A stretch of 64,000 nt of DNA from the NCBI RefSeq assembly GCF_006345805.1, contig NC_043002.1, positions 50,158,001-50,222,000 on the forward strand, given 5' to 3'. Within the stretch, counting starts at the first letter, position 1. Each line of letters opens with the position of its first letter. The notes beneath the pieces are model-generated. The model worked only from the letters and a program-made list of their open reading frames with translations. It made no database searches and was not told where the DNA came from. This stretch comes from Octopus sinensis (taxonomy: Eukaryota). This document shows, in pieces, positions 23,640-36,553 of this stretch. A program made the position numbers and the translations under genes.

Positions 23640-24070
23640 AAACTAGACAGTCGGAGATCAGTTAGAAGCATATTTCAATATCTTGGCATCTTGGAGATCA
23701 GTCAACCATCGTATCTGCAGTTCAAAAACGATATTATGTCCGGCATATGTACGGATTCTTGCTCTGAAGTAATAATACTCTGAAAGAATTTAAATATCGT
23801 AAATAGGATTTTTGACTGATATTCTTTGATCAATATTGACCCAGTGAAGTTTTGCATAGAAATCTTTGATACTTACACGATGTGAACATATTGAATACAA
23901 GATGGATTACAGTCGTCTGGGCATGTAATTTATTGATGCTTGACCGGCTGATACCAACAAACAAAGAATTATATCTGCATGTACTCATTTCATACGATGT
24001 TCACAAGTGCTGTTGAGAAGTGAATGCTGGTCGTGTACGAATGTACAGCCACCCAAGCCTTGCTGATGCT
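23640..24070 (-). mobile_element. ancient L2/Crack-type LINE, RT C-terminal fragment
   Basis: Minus strand gives RYNSLFVGISRSSINKL and then, across a frameshift, KDFYAKLHWVNIDQRI, matching the L2-clade motifs DYCNSLL.G....KLQ and LHWLPI..RI. Confidence 0.65.
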
Positions 24071-24474
24071 GCCAATAGTGAGGACATGCAAGGAGGAGAA
24101 GAGGGTATGGTCAGTCAGTCGGTTGGTTGGTTGATTGATTGATCGATTGATTGATTGATTTGTTGAGGGAAGGAGGGAGAGTGGAGTTAAAGATGATCGG
24201 TGAATAAATCACTTTGTTATGGTGGAAAAATAAGAGGGGTGGGTACGATCAAAACTGAGCAAGGATAAGTGTGTATGTGTGTGTGTGTGTATGTTGGAAG
24301 CAAAGCCAAGGGAGAGGAAAAGAAACATTTACAAGGTGTGGGGTGGAGTGTACGAATATAGTTTTACTTCTAAAGTAGGCAGGTGAAGAAGAAGGAAGTG
24401 TGAGGGGCATTGATTTATACCATCCAGGCTCTGACCTTTCCTCAGAGCCATCAACTAACCTTTCATATATCTAC

Positions 24475-24531
<57 letters not shown>

Positions 24532-24958
24532 CACATACACACACACACATACATACATACATGTATACACACACGCACACACAATATAATATGCATGACA
24601 TTTGGTTTTTGTTAGGTTCATGTAATTCTCAAGTCCCGATAACACTCTTTACTTGTTGATTTAGAACCTCTTTTACTTGACTTACGTTACCACGGAGATT
24701 GTACTTGGTTCTGCAAGCTTGCTTTTAGCATAATAATTTAGTATGGTCTTAGTAAATATGAATACTGTTGAAACAAATGCTTTTGTTTGGCTTTTTACAG
24801 CTGTTGCTGTGCCTGGAATATTACCTCTTTTCTACAGGTAATAGTCTGCAAGAGTTTTGCTTGCAGAAAAACACCCACCACTGCAGAATTTTCATCCAGA
24901 TATGGTGTCTGCATATGTGTATATACATATATATCTATATGTGTGTATTTATCTATGG

Positions 24959-25290
24959 TGAAGGTGCATGACTCCGTGGTTAGAGCGTCAGGCTCACACT
25001 CATGAGGTAGTGAGTTTAAGTCTGGGACCAGTCTGTGTGTTGTGTTCTTGAGCAAGACACTTTATTTCATGTTGCTCCAGTACACTCAGCTGTAGGAAGG
25101 AGTTGTTATGTCACTGGTGCCAAGCTGTATCAGCATTTGCCTTTCCCTTGGATAACATCAGTGGCGTGAAGATGAGAAGCTGCTATGCATGGTCAGCTGC
25201 TGGTCTTCATAAACAACCTTGCTCAGACTTGTGCCTTGGAGGGTAACATTCTAGATGTAATCCCATTGTCATTCATGACCAAAGGAGATT
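24959..25290 (+). mobile_element. SINE family D
   Basis: Homologous along its length to 12562-12896. Confidence 0.85.
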
Positions 25291-25337
25291 TTTATATATC
25301 ATAACCAAATGAGGTCTTTGTAAATAAATAAATAGAT

Positions 25338-25764
25338 AGGCACAGGAGTGACTGTGTGATAAGAAGCTTGCTTCCTAACCACATGGCTCTGAGTTCAGTC
25401 CCATTGTGTGGCACCTTGGGTAAGTGTCTTCTACTATACCCTCAGACCAACCAAAGCCCTGTGAGTGGATATGGTAGATGGAAAGTGAAAAAGATCATCA
25501 TGTATGTATGTATACACACACACACACATGTTTGTATCTATGTGTATGTTTGTGTTAGTTCCCCCACTGTCTCTTGACAACTGATGTTAGTGTGTTTACA
25601 TCTCTGTAGCTTGGTAGTTCAGCAAAATAGTCCGATAGAATAAATACTAGGCCTACAAAGAATAAGTCCTGGGGTCGATTTGCTCAACTGAAACCCTTTA
25701 AGGCAGTGCTCTAGCATGGCCGCAGTCTAATGACTGGACTGAAACAAGTAACAGAATAATAAAG
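25338..25764 (+). mobile_element. SINE family A
   Basis: GGCACAGGAGTGACTGTGTGATAAGAAGCTTGC...GAATAAGTCCTGGGGTCGATTTGCTC...CTGAAACAAGTAAC. Confidence 0.85.
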
Positions 25765-25887
25765 ATAGATAGATCCCTTTTTAGACTACAAAATTTTGTA
25801 CACAACCCAAACAACTTTAATGTTGTGGAATTATGATCTTTTGGCATCGCGGGTATGTAGTTGAAAAAAAAAAGTTTCTTTTTATAC

Positions 25888-26189
25888 CTTTAGATGTTCT
25901 GTTCATGGTTGAGGAGTTCAAATGTTGTCATCGCCATGTTGCTGTTGTTATTACAACAGTACAAGCACTGCTAAGGTCCTCTGCTTGAAGGTCACAACAC
26001 CACACAACAGCTGCTGGAACAAGGGTTTTCAACTGCTGACCATGTTTTGTTTGTAGTCCAGTGTTTCAATCATAGAACTTAATCCAGTGTTTCTGAACGG
26101 GCGGGATTTATTTAAAGGGAAAACGTGTAAAACATGATTTATGTTGAAATTCTCTTTGTTGTTTGAAGATTTCATCTGTGCTTCTTGAC
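25888..26189 (-). other. candidate non-coding/UTR exon
   Basis: Acceptor tagtatttTAG|G, donor AAAG|GTATAA; unique sequence with stops in all three frames. Confidence 0.25.
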
Positions 26190-26638
26190 CTAAAATACTA
26201 AGTACTTTGGCTTTTTACTGCTTGCATTGATTTGGCATATATTATATTATTGTCGTGTTACACCATTTCCTGTGCATAGGCTCTCTCTCTCTCTCTCTCT
26301 CTCCCCTCTCTCTGTTTTTATTATTTATTTTCTTTTTACACATTTGTTTTTCTTCTATTAGTGACCCTGTTTGATCAAAATACCTACTGCAGACATGATG
26401 GGGGTGGTGGCAGTGGAGCTGCTGCTGGGGAGGGATATTTATCACTTAATCCTCCCTTCAGTTCTCAAAGTTATCCAGACATCTTCATTTATCATACTTC
26501 AACACAAACTGGCTTTTCACAGCGAAAAACAAAACGTAACAAAGCCAAAACAAAAGCATAAAAAAAAAGAAAATCTTTTTTCTTTCTCTTTCTCCCTCCC
26601 TCCCTCCCTCCTGTCCATCTACCCATCCACCCACTCAC

Positions 26639-26701
26639 CTGCTTTGGATCATCCATCAAAGATGTTAGACAAGCGCTGGACTGGCTACCTGCTAAGTCTG
26701 T
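26639..26701 (-). other. candidate 63-nt exon
   Basis: Perfect donor CAG|GTGAGT; possible acceptor ctaatttCAG; frame 0 is open (TDLAGSQSSACLTSLMDDPKQ), not recognised. Confidence 0.3.
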
Positions 26702-27367
26702 CTGAAATTAGGATAGCCTTGCTGTTTGCTGACTTGATTTTGCAAGACTCTTTACAGTGGACAAGCAGAAATGTCACAGGCATAAAAAAATATGTTCTTT
26801 TACAAAAAAATCTTAAATCTGCACAATTAGAATATATGTGCCAGAATTTTCCAGTATATGTGTGTGTATATTTTCAGTGTATGTTCTGAGTTCAAATTCT
26901 ACTGGGTCCCTTCATTCTCTTGTAGTCAATAAAATAAGAGCTGTCAAATTTTTTGATAGAGTAAATCTACCAATGAACCCCTGCTTAACAAAAAAAGAAA
27001 AAAAAAATTGGTGTGGAGGTGCTGGAAATATTCAGGACATTATTTCTTGAACCTTGCTTCTGAATAATTTTAGTTTAAATTTCAGCTGGTTTTTGGATTT
27101 TTCTTTTGTCTCAGCATTTCCATTATTTATAAAAACTTTGTCATTATCAGCCACTACCAATGGTTTTTTGTGCCCTCTTTGTAAGAGTTAACTCCCTTGT
27201 TTTTTCTTTCACTTCTCGTCAGCTTAATTTCTTTTATGATGGGGGAAAATGATGATGATAATGGATGCTGATTGCAGTTTCTGTTGCTGCCGATGACAAT
27301 GATTAACTCACTGGCTAACTGATTCATTTATAGATTTTACCATAGAATCTATGTGATCTGATTTTTG

Positions 27368-27810
27368 ATGCATGGCTGTGTGGTAACAAGTTTGCTTCTC
27401 AACCACATGCTTCTGAGTTCAGTCCCACTGCATGACACCTTGGGCAAATGAGTGTCTTTTACTATAGCCCCAGGTCAACTAAAACCTAGTGAATGCATTT
27501 GGTTGACAGAAACTGAAAGAAGTCCAACGCATGTGTGTGTGTTTTTCCATGTCTAAGCCTGGTGAGTTTATTTTGAAAGAAGCCCAATGTGTGTGTGTGT
27601 GTGTGTATGTGTGTGTGTGTGTGTGTGTTTGTGTCCCCTTGTTTTGACATGGTGCATTAGTTATAACTCAATGTCACTGACCAGCCAAAGCCTGGTGAGT
27701 TCAATTCATTGGCAGAAACTGAGAGAAGCCCAATGTATGTGTGTGTGTGTTTGTATCTCCTTGTCTTGACACAGTGCAATAGTTATAAGTAATTGTCAAT
27801 GTCATTCATT
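27368..27810 (+). mobile_element. SINE family A variant with locally duplicated ~135-bp body
   Basis: GCCTGGTGAG...GAAGCCCAATG(TG)n...CTTG..TTGACA occurs at ~27557 and ~27690. Confidence 0.7.
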
Positions 27811-28704
27811 TACAATCCTGGAAAAATAGTACCTTGCTTTGGAGTAAATAAGGGTTGGCGACAAAAAGTGCATCCAGCTGAAGAAAAGCCTGTCTTAGTA
27901 AAACTCCATCTGATCCATGCAAGCATGAAAAAGTGGGCTTTAAATGATGTTGCTGATGATGGTAGTGTTGATGATATAACTATTACCTTCCTCTCTACTA
28001 TCACCATAGATCCCATCCTTAAATCCACGAAGTGAAGGCCTGCAGCATTACCTAGTAGATGCTCAGCTGGATGGAGATTTTTCAGGAAATCCAACTAGAC
28101 ATTTGTCAGGTGTCATTTCAAGCAAGACAAAATTAAATTGATTTTGGTATCAATCTGAGATGATGTATCTATCATCACAGCCAACCAAAGGCTGATTACT
28201 TGTGTTGATCTTTTTTTTTTCCTTTTTTTTTTCTTTTTACATTGGGTTTTATTGTTGTTTGCACAGCATTGTTTACTTAGTTTCTCGTAGACTTGGTGGA
28301 TAATAAATATCTCTTAGCTTGATACCCTTTCTAATTATAACTCTGTAACTAGGCAGTGAGATTAATGTGTGTGTGTGTGTGCATGCATGCATGTGTGTTT
28401 ATGTGTACAGCTTGGATTTATAGAGCTGAAAGAATTCTCTGATATGTGTTGGCCATCATCAGTATCATTATCATCATTTTAGTATCCACTTTTCCAGGCT
28501 TGCATAGGTTGGAAGTAATTTATTGAGGATGCCCTTCCTGCTGCTAACCCTCGCATATCTCTAAGCGAGGTCATATTGTCCTAAGGCCACACATATTTTT
28601 GCAGAATATTGGAAATGAACAAAATTGCTTGTATAGCAGTGACACTCATTTTCAACTCTCTTGCAGTGCCAATGCATGCACACACACACACACACACACA
28701 TTTT

Positions 28705-28906
28705 TATTCTTTTACTTGTTTCGTCAATTGACTGGCCATACTGAAGCATCACTCTGAAGTGTTTTTATCAAACAAATTGACCCTAGGATTATTTTTTAAA
28801 CTTAATACTTATTCTATTGATCTCTTTGCTGAATCGCTAAGTTACAGGGATGTAAACACCAACACCGGTTGTCAATTGATGATGGCGGGCCAGACACACA
28901 TACATA

Positions 28907-28967
<61 letters not shown>

Positions 28968-29120
28968 CATATACATACACACAAGCTTCTTTCAGTTTCC
29001 ATCTACCAAGTCCACTCACATGGCTTTGGTTGGCAAGTAGAAGACACTTTTTCAAGGTAGCATGCTGTGGGACTGAACTCAGTACCATATGGTTGGGAAA
29101 CAAGCTTCTTACCTCACAGC
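28705..29120 (-). mobile_element. SINE family A
   Basis: TTTTACTTGTTTCG...GGGATGTAAACACC...CTTCTTTCAGTTTCCATCTACC...CTTCTTACCTCACAGCC. Confidence 0.8.
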
Positions 29121-29867
29121 CATCTCTGATGGGCTTCTTTCAGTTTCCATCTACCAAATCCACTCAAAGTATTAGTTGGCTCAGGACCGCTGTAGAAGAT
29201 ACTTGCCCAATATGCCATTTTATCATACCAAGTATCACTGTGCACACTCTACAACTGATAAACCACCACCATCATTATCACCTTCATTATCACCATCTTG
29301 AATTAGACTGGTAAGTCATATGGCATATTACCTCTCTTTTCAGAATTCTGTCTCCTTGACTAAGGACCAGCATCCAGAGATGTACTCATGTCTCACCACT
29401 TACTCCTCCTCTACTTTCCTTTATCATCCTTGGTCCTTTGACATGGTTTGCCTTCAGTATCATCACACAGCACTTTTCCAACTAGTTCTTACCATTCAAA
29501 GGTATTTATTTTGTTAACACACCAAAGTACATGTCTAGACTCGCATATCGCCTATACAACCATACAAACATATCAACCCACCCCTATATCCAGCTACCCG
29601 ATTCTTATGATTTATGTCCATATATACCCTATTGTTTGTCTCCATCGCATTGTTTTTCCCCTAGCTATTTTGAGCTGGTCATCTATGTATCTATCTATCT
29701 CTCTTTCTCTCTCCATATCCGCGTTCACAAAAAATGTAAGATCCAACAAGTGAGTGACTACTACATGGGTCACTGAGAATGCAAGAAATAACTACTGAAC
29801 CACCAGCAAATCGCAACCTACTGTCTTAGAAAATGGAAGGACTTGTTGGAGAATGTGTTTGATACAC

Positions 29868-30290
29868 AGGCACAGCTGTGCAGTTAAGGGGCTCACTTTG
29901 CAACCGTGTGGTTTCAGGTTCAATCCCACTGCACAGTATCTTGAGCAAGTGTTTTCTACTATTGTCCCTAGGGTCAACAAATGCCTTGAGAGTGAATTAG
30001 GAGACGAAAACAATGTATAAACCTATCTTGTGTGTGTGTGTGTATGTATACACACACACTCACACACATATATATACACGTGTACATATATGCGTGTGTG
30101 TATCCACTGCTTGACAACCGGGGTTGGTTTGTTTATGTCACTGTAACTTAGCAGTTTGGCAAAATACACCGGTAGGATAAATACCTGTCTTAGAAGCAAT
30201 AAATCCTGGAATCAATTTGTTCGACTAAAACCCTTCAAGGTGGTGCCCCAGCATGGCCACCATTCAATGACTGAGATGAGTGAAAGAAAA
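29868..30290 (+). mobile_element. SINE family A
   Basis: CAGGTTCAATCCCACTGC...TTGAGCAAGTG...GTGCCCCAGCATGGCCACCATTCAATGACTG. Confidence 0.75.
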
Positions 30291-31364
30291 GAGATATGCG
30301 CAGTACCTGATGAGTGGGTGGCAGGTGAGGGAAGACAAGATGGCTTCAGCTAGAATGTTTTCGATCAAAGGTCTACTTGATGAAGGCCAGCTTGGATTTA
30401 AACAGCAACAGCTATTAGAAATATACTCTCTCTCTCTCTCTCTCTCTCTCTTCATCAATGCAAACCTACCCAGTATATACCATTCACTCAATACCGACCT
30501 CCATCTTTATGTGTGTATGTGTGTGTCTAGTTGTCTGGCTACATAGATAATGCTTATAGCCATTATGGTTTTGAAGCATTCTTTCCACAAGAATCTTAAC
30601 ATTTCACAACAGTTCAGTTCATCCATCCATCCATCCATCCATCCATCCAGCCATCCTTCAACTTCCCCCCCCCCCCACCTGCTTTCTCTCTTTCTTTTTC
30701 TCTCCCCTTTATCCATCCAACCACCCTGCTGCTCTTCTTCCCCACCCTCCACCACCACCACCACCACCTAGCTCAACCAAGCAGCTACTTATATGCAAAT
30801 ATGATTAATTCGATTGCTTCCTCTCTTGTTTCCATTCTCTTTTTGGCCAATAATTAGCTATTATTCGCATGTCGGAATCCGAGACAGTTCCAACAACAAT
30901 GGCACTAGACCGCCAATATGTACACCCTCCTCCGCCTCTTCCCCCATCTCACCTACCCTACCACTTCCACACATACAACATCATCCCCCTCTCTATTTCT
31001 CTCTCTCTCTCCCCCTTTTTTCCTTTTTTTTTTTCCTCTTATGTGTTCTGCTCTGCTCTTTTGATTGCCTGTGTATTTATTTAAGTGAGGTTTTGATAAA
31101 TGCTCAGAGGAGTGTGTGTGTGTGTGTGTGTGTATGTGTTTTTGTTGGTTTTTCCGGGGGAGGCGGGGGGTGTTTTTAATCCAACCTTCCGACTTCTCCC
31201 TCTTCACACCGCAACCGCCACCTCCTCCTCCTCCTCCCCCTCCTCAAAACTGTTCATATTTCACCCACCCCACCACCTCTTCCCCTCACCCCCTTTTTAT
31301 GAATTTTTCATCTCTTCCATTGCAGAGTTCAAAACGACACAGAGATAAATCATTCTCCTAGTTT

Positions 31365-31730
31365 TGATGATTACAATAGTAGCTGTTGTTCTAGTTGTGG
31401 TTGTTGTTGTGGTGGTGGTGGCGGTGGTAAATGGTTATAGTTATGATGGGGCTGGTGATGTCGTTGTTATGATAGCTTTTTTTTATTGTAACATAAGTGA
31501 TGATGATGATGATGGTGGTGGTGATGTTGATAATGGTAATGATGTTTGCAATAGTGGAATTATTAATGCTTACATTGTTTATGATGATGATGCTGATGAT
31601 GATAGTAAGACTAAGACAATAGCTGTTCTAATACTACTACCAGTGTTTCTGTAAGTGATATATGTTACTGCTGCTACTACTACTACTACTGCTGTTGCTA
31701 ATAATAATAGTAATAATAATAATAATAACG
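31365..31730. repeat. compound trinucleotide low-complexity tract (GTT/GTG/GAT/ACT/AAT)
   Basis: Read directly from the sequence. Confidence 0.85.
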
Positions 31731-32114
31731 GTAATAATTTCTTTAACTGATACTGCAAGGCCACAACTTCGTAGGCAGTGGCAGGAGGAGAGGGTTTACA
31801 CTTGATTGAATCGAAGCCCCATCCCCCACCCCTCCATAAGAACAATATTGATAAATGATAATGATAGCAATATTGGCCATAGTGAAAAGAACAAAACATA
31901 GAGTAAAAAGACCACCACCATCTCAGCCACCAACACCAACATCATCACCACCACCACCATTACTTACTAACTAATGATAAATAGATCCACTGTTGGTTTT
32001 GATAACGAGCAATATTCAGTTGTTCAATTCAACTGAGCTTGCTGGTCTTTAAATTAACATTGAAGAGGCCCGGTAAAAAGTAGGTGAAGTTACCTTTTTT
32101 TGAGTCGTGCCAAC

Positions 32115-32570
32115 TCATAAGGGCCAGTTTCCATGGCATATAGATTCTCCACCTGTACGGGTCACCGATCTGTCACGAGTTTACTCACCTCTTTGGACTG
32201 GAGCAACGTGAAATGAAGTGTTTTCCCTCAAGAACACAATGCGTTGCCTGATCCAGAAATTGAAACTGCAATCTTACGATCATGAGTAGTCCAACACCCT
32301 AGCCACTAATCCATGTGCATCCACTAAAAAGTTATCTTCTCAATTCATAACAACTAATAAGGGCCAGTTTCCTGGTTTCCATAGCATATATGATATATTC
32401 CCCACCTGGAGGGGATGCCGGTTTACTCATTTTTGCCAGCTGAGTGGATTGGAGCAGTGTGAAATGAAGTGTTTTGCTCAAGAACCCAATGCATCACCCA
32501 GTCCAGGAATCAAAACCACAATCTTATGATCATGAGTCCAACACCCTAACCACTAAGCCATGCTCCTGAA
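32115..32570 (-). mobile_element. two tandem SINE family F copies
   Basis: ATAAGGGCCAGTTTCC...GGAGCA..GTGAAATGAAGTG...CAAGAAC...CAACACCCTA.CCACTAA at ~32115-32325 and ~32355-32570. Confidence 0.75.
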
Positions 32571-33312
32571 GTGACCTAGTATTCTGCAGGGATTACATAT
32601 GTACTCCCTGTGTAGAATCAGTGTGTATGACAGTGTACCACAAGGCTGGATCTTTGAATTACATGTACATCCCATCTAGCAGTTTCTGGCTTCTCGACTT
32701 TGTTGACAAGGCTTTGAATTAACTTTAAATTATGTATGGTAAATAAATAAACGATGCTTGCTCGAAATGCCACAGAGTGAGATGGAACCAAGGACTTCAT
32801 GATTGCAGTGTGAACTTAACCATTCAGCTAGGTTTGTGCCCCCAATTCCTATTATAACTGCTATTACCAACTATTGCTACACCCAACACTCTTGTCATTA
32901 ATACCTCCTTCATCAAAAAGCAACTATCACTATTACACCACTATAACACTACGACCAACACTGGCAAAAAACTACCTCTCAATGTGCTAGTTATAGCAGT
33001 CAGTTCCCCCTCATGAAGAAAATGAATGACACCATTTAAGGAAAGATGTCCAAAGGAAGTTGGAATGGCCATTGTTGACATGTCTTGATTGAGGTTAAAC
33101 TGGGGGTAAAGCATTGCAAGAGAGCTAAATTTATTGCCCAGCCTACTAGATATAGCAGCCAAATTCCCCTCAGTCCCATACATTAGATAATGTAGTAATC
33201 CTATACAGAGTTAGCACTTTAAATTTTACAGCTTGCATAAAAAGAAGAGAAAACAATATCTCATCCAAAAATAAAAGTATATTTTTTAAAAATTCAAAAA
33301 ATATCAACTAGA

Positions 33313-33605
33313 TTATGGCTCAGAGTAGCTGCTCTCAGCCTCAACTGTGGCCTGAAAGTGATCCTAGAACCTAGCTTATGTGTTCTTTACCATGTCCCTG
33401 GGAAGAACTGCAAACACCTCCTTGATCGTGGCCACTAGTTTGTCCTTGGTGTTGCAAGCAGAGTGATTGGTATCTTTCTCAGTTATTCCCTACACATAGT
33501 AATCCTTGGGATTATAATTGGGGGGATTAGGAGGTGAGAAATTGCTGCTGATGAAGTTGCAGAAATTAGTAAAACTGAAGGACCTCTACAATAAGTGTGT
33601 GAATC
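33313..33605 (-). mobile_element. Tc1/mariner superfamily transposase remnant, maT/DD37D-like
   Basis: Minus strand: FCNFISSNFSPPNPPNYNPKDYYV*GITEKDTNHSACNTKDKLVATIKEVFAVLPRDMVKNT*ARF*DHFQATVEAESSYSE, matching WPPxSPDLNPLDYxVWG...RFxxRLEAVIEAEGxYIE. Confidence 0.75.
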
Positions 33606-33892
33606 TGAGAGGGGAATATGTTGAATAAAATCATAATTAACTGATCCTCATGTATTTTCTTTTACCCAAAACCAGGAACTTTTCAGCTTCCCCTTGTACA
33701 CATGTTATGCCACTGGCTGTTTTTTTTCATTTATTATTTCCTTTTGCTATACTGGCATGAAAGAAAATTAAATTGTTCAGGTGGACTTTCTGTTGCCACC
33801 ACCACAACCACCAGCATTACATAACAACCCTTAAATACTTATTGCCCTCACTTCTGTGCAGATCTCAGAGATATACGAAATGTTTTAGGTTC

Positions 33893-34015
33893 AGGCATGG
33901 CTGTGTGGTTAAGAAGCTTGCTTTGCAACCATGTGCTTTCAGGTTCAGTCCCACTGCATGGTACCTAGAGCAGGTGCCTTCTACTGTAGCTCCAGGTTGA
34001 CCAATGCCTTATGAA
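33893..34015 (+). mobile_element. SINE family A, 5' fragment
   Basis: GGCATGGCTGTGTGGTTAAGAAGCTTGC...GGTTCAGTCCCACTGC. Confidence 0.75.
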
Positions 34016-34019
34016 GGAA

Positions 34020-34445
34020 TTTAATCACCACCACAACCACTGCCATCACCACCTCCGCCACTGCCATCATCACCACCTCCACCATCACCACTACTACCAT
34101 CACTACCTCCTTCATCATCACCACCTTCACCATCATCACATCATCACCATTATACAGCAGCAACACTCCACCACCACCACCACCACACTATTACCTATTA
34201 CCATCTCATAGTATTGCGACACCACCATCACTGCCACCACTAAGTTATCACCTTTATATAGTTTGTATTATCGTATCCCTCCCCACACACATCCATCCAT
34301 CCATCCATCTATCCACTGCATTAGCATCACCATTATAGCAAGCAGCATCCATGCAACAGCAGTTATAATGTTAGCTTCACCACCACCACTACCACCGTCG
34401 TCGTCGCCATCGCCATGCAATTATCACCATCACAAAGACATTAGC
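34020..34445. repeat. (CAC/CAT)n low-complexity tract
   Basis: Read directly; source of the poly-His pseudo-ORFs. Confidence 0.85.
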
Positions 34446-35126
34446 TGACATCTATTGTGTGATATGTGTTGTATATTGGTTTTGATAACATTGTATGAGA
34501 AGTAGGTGGTGGGAGCGATGGAGGTGGCGATAGTGATAAAGACAAATGTAGGAAGTGGAGGTGATGGTAGTAGTGAGAGAGAGAGAGAGAGAGAGAAAGA
34601 GAGGGTATCTAGTTATTTTGCTCTTGTTACAACTCCATGTGGCAGGCAACATGAAGAAAAAGGCATCACACTGAAATATACAAATTTGGTTTGTCTAAAT
34701 GTCTTGGCAGTGGTGGTGGTGGTGGTGGTGGTGGTGGTGGTGATGATGGTAGTGTTGGTGTTGGTGGTGCTGGAGACAAAGGAGCAAGTGGTGAACCACA
34801 AACATTCGTAATTGTTGGTTGAGGAATTGAGACTCATATCGGTACAGGTGTCATGAGTGGCGATCTTCGTGGCTGATTATATTGGTTGAAGGTGGTGTTG
34901 TGTTCTTAATAGTGTTTTTGTGTATGTACATACACACACACACACATATATATATATATATGAGAGAGAGAGAGGCAGACAGAGAAAGTCAACAGATGAG
35001 ATCCAGAGATATTCAATATAGAAAACAGTAGCACTCAAATGATTTGGACTTAAGCCCTGAAATTTTTACTGCACAGAAAAGAGTGGCTATAAGGGAAATC
35101 CAGGTATTTGGAGGTAATGACGCAAA

Positions 35127-35489
35127 TCTATAATACATTAAAAGTCAGTTTGAATCTTGCTTGCTTGCTTGCAATGTTACCCAGCCAAAGTGGAGCATAA
35201 TAGGAAAATACTATGAATTAACTTTACCCTGAAATGTTAATAAGAAGGGAATGAAACAAGTTATTGAGATATTCAGGGTTTGGGGGTATAAAAACCCAAA
35301 ATGGTTCATAATGGAAAAATGTTCTGAATTTAACTTCGTCCTGAAAGGGAAGAAACTCTAACCTTTGAATGTCACATTTGTTGAAAGCATGCGAAATAAC
35401 GTGGAAAAGAAAAAAAACCCACAGAATAAAACTCTGTTGCTGGGAAACTCAGAGTTGCCTAGTGACCCAATGGGTCATGGCTAGTCTAG
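35127..35489 (+). mobile_element. non-autonomous Helitron
   Basis: Sits between A and T; 5' TCTATAATACATTAAAA followed by (TTGC)n; 3' hairpin TGACCCAATGGGTCA (35463-35477) 8 nt before CTAG (35486-35489); no TSD. Confidence 0.6.
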
Positions 35490-35537
35490 TAAACAAATAG
35501 AACTGCTTAGGCTAGAAATACAAAATATGTCTGTATG

Positions 35538-35571
<34 letters not shown>

Positions 35572-36396
35572 CGGATAACCATATTTTATCTCAGTAGATG
35601 ACCACAGCATCTTGTTTTGGCTACACGCGGGTGGGAAGGGGCTGGTGACACAATCTTTTCATTCAAACATTGAATTTGGTGATACTAGTTGCGGATTCTA
35701 GCTCGCTCTGATACTGAGTTGAGTTGGTGCCTTCTAGTATCTCAAAATTCAATATATAATCATTTATGATTATAGTATTCTACGCTGAAGAGAAAAGAAG
35801 TTTTGGTGAGATAGAATTATTTAATATTTAATTCTTATGCTTTCCTAAAAACTTGATTTCGAAACGTCCGTCCGTAGATAACTTAAAATTGTATGATAGA
35901 TTGCCGTCAATTCATTCTCTCTTACCTGTTTGTGTCTGCCTTCCAATTGCTGTTTTTACTGAGATCTCCCTTTTTAGTAGAAGAAATAGCTATAACTCTT
36001 TGACTGCTATTTCTAAATTCGGTATGTGGTAAGGCAATTCGTTGCTAAACCCTTTATTGCTTAGTATATATATATATATATATATACATACACATGTATA
36101 TATGTTCTCGTTTCTCATTTTGTTCATGTTTTTTGACGTCCTGTACCTATATATGCATGTATATATACATATATATGTAGGTATGTACAAATATGTATAT
36201 ATATATGTGTGTGTGTCTTTGGTTCTCTAGTTGCCATGAGACACAAGGTTGCAACATGATCTCTCCAACCAGCCTTGTTTTCTGCTACTGTTCTAGTCCC
36301 ATTCCAGCTTCTTTACCCTTCTGGTTTCCTTTCCTTGTCAATGGCCCTTTGCCATATGGTTTTAGGGTGCCCTGCTGTTCTTTTTCCCCCTTTAGG

Positions 36397-36553
36397 CTAT
36401 GAATTAACTTTACCCTGAAATATTAATAAGAAAGGAATGAAACAAGTTTTGCGTAAATTGGAGCAGTAGTTATTGAGATATTCAGGGTTTAGGGGTGTAA
36501 ATACCCAAAATGGTTCATAATGGAAAAATGTTCTGTTATTTAACTTCGTCCTG
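36397..36553 (+). mobile_element. internal fragment of the same Helitron-like family
   Basis: Direct repeat of 35211-35343 (CTATGAATTAACTTTACCCTGAAA...TAACTTCGTCCTG) with ~23 extra bases. Confidence 0.7.

Noticed and set aside
23877-24069. Apparent minus-strand exon with a GTAAGT donor
   Set aside because: Lies within the L2-type LINE remnant, whose reading frame continues across the supposed donor.
26371-26889. 172-aa plus-strand ORF
   Set aside because: Crosses poly-A and CCT low-complexity tracts; no homology recognised; the splice signals here point to the opposite strand.
28170-28200. miR-2-like seed ATCACAGCC
   Set aside because: No match beyond 9 nt and no pre-miRNA-sized hairpin.
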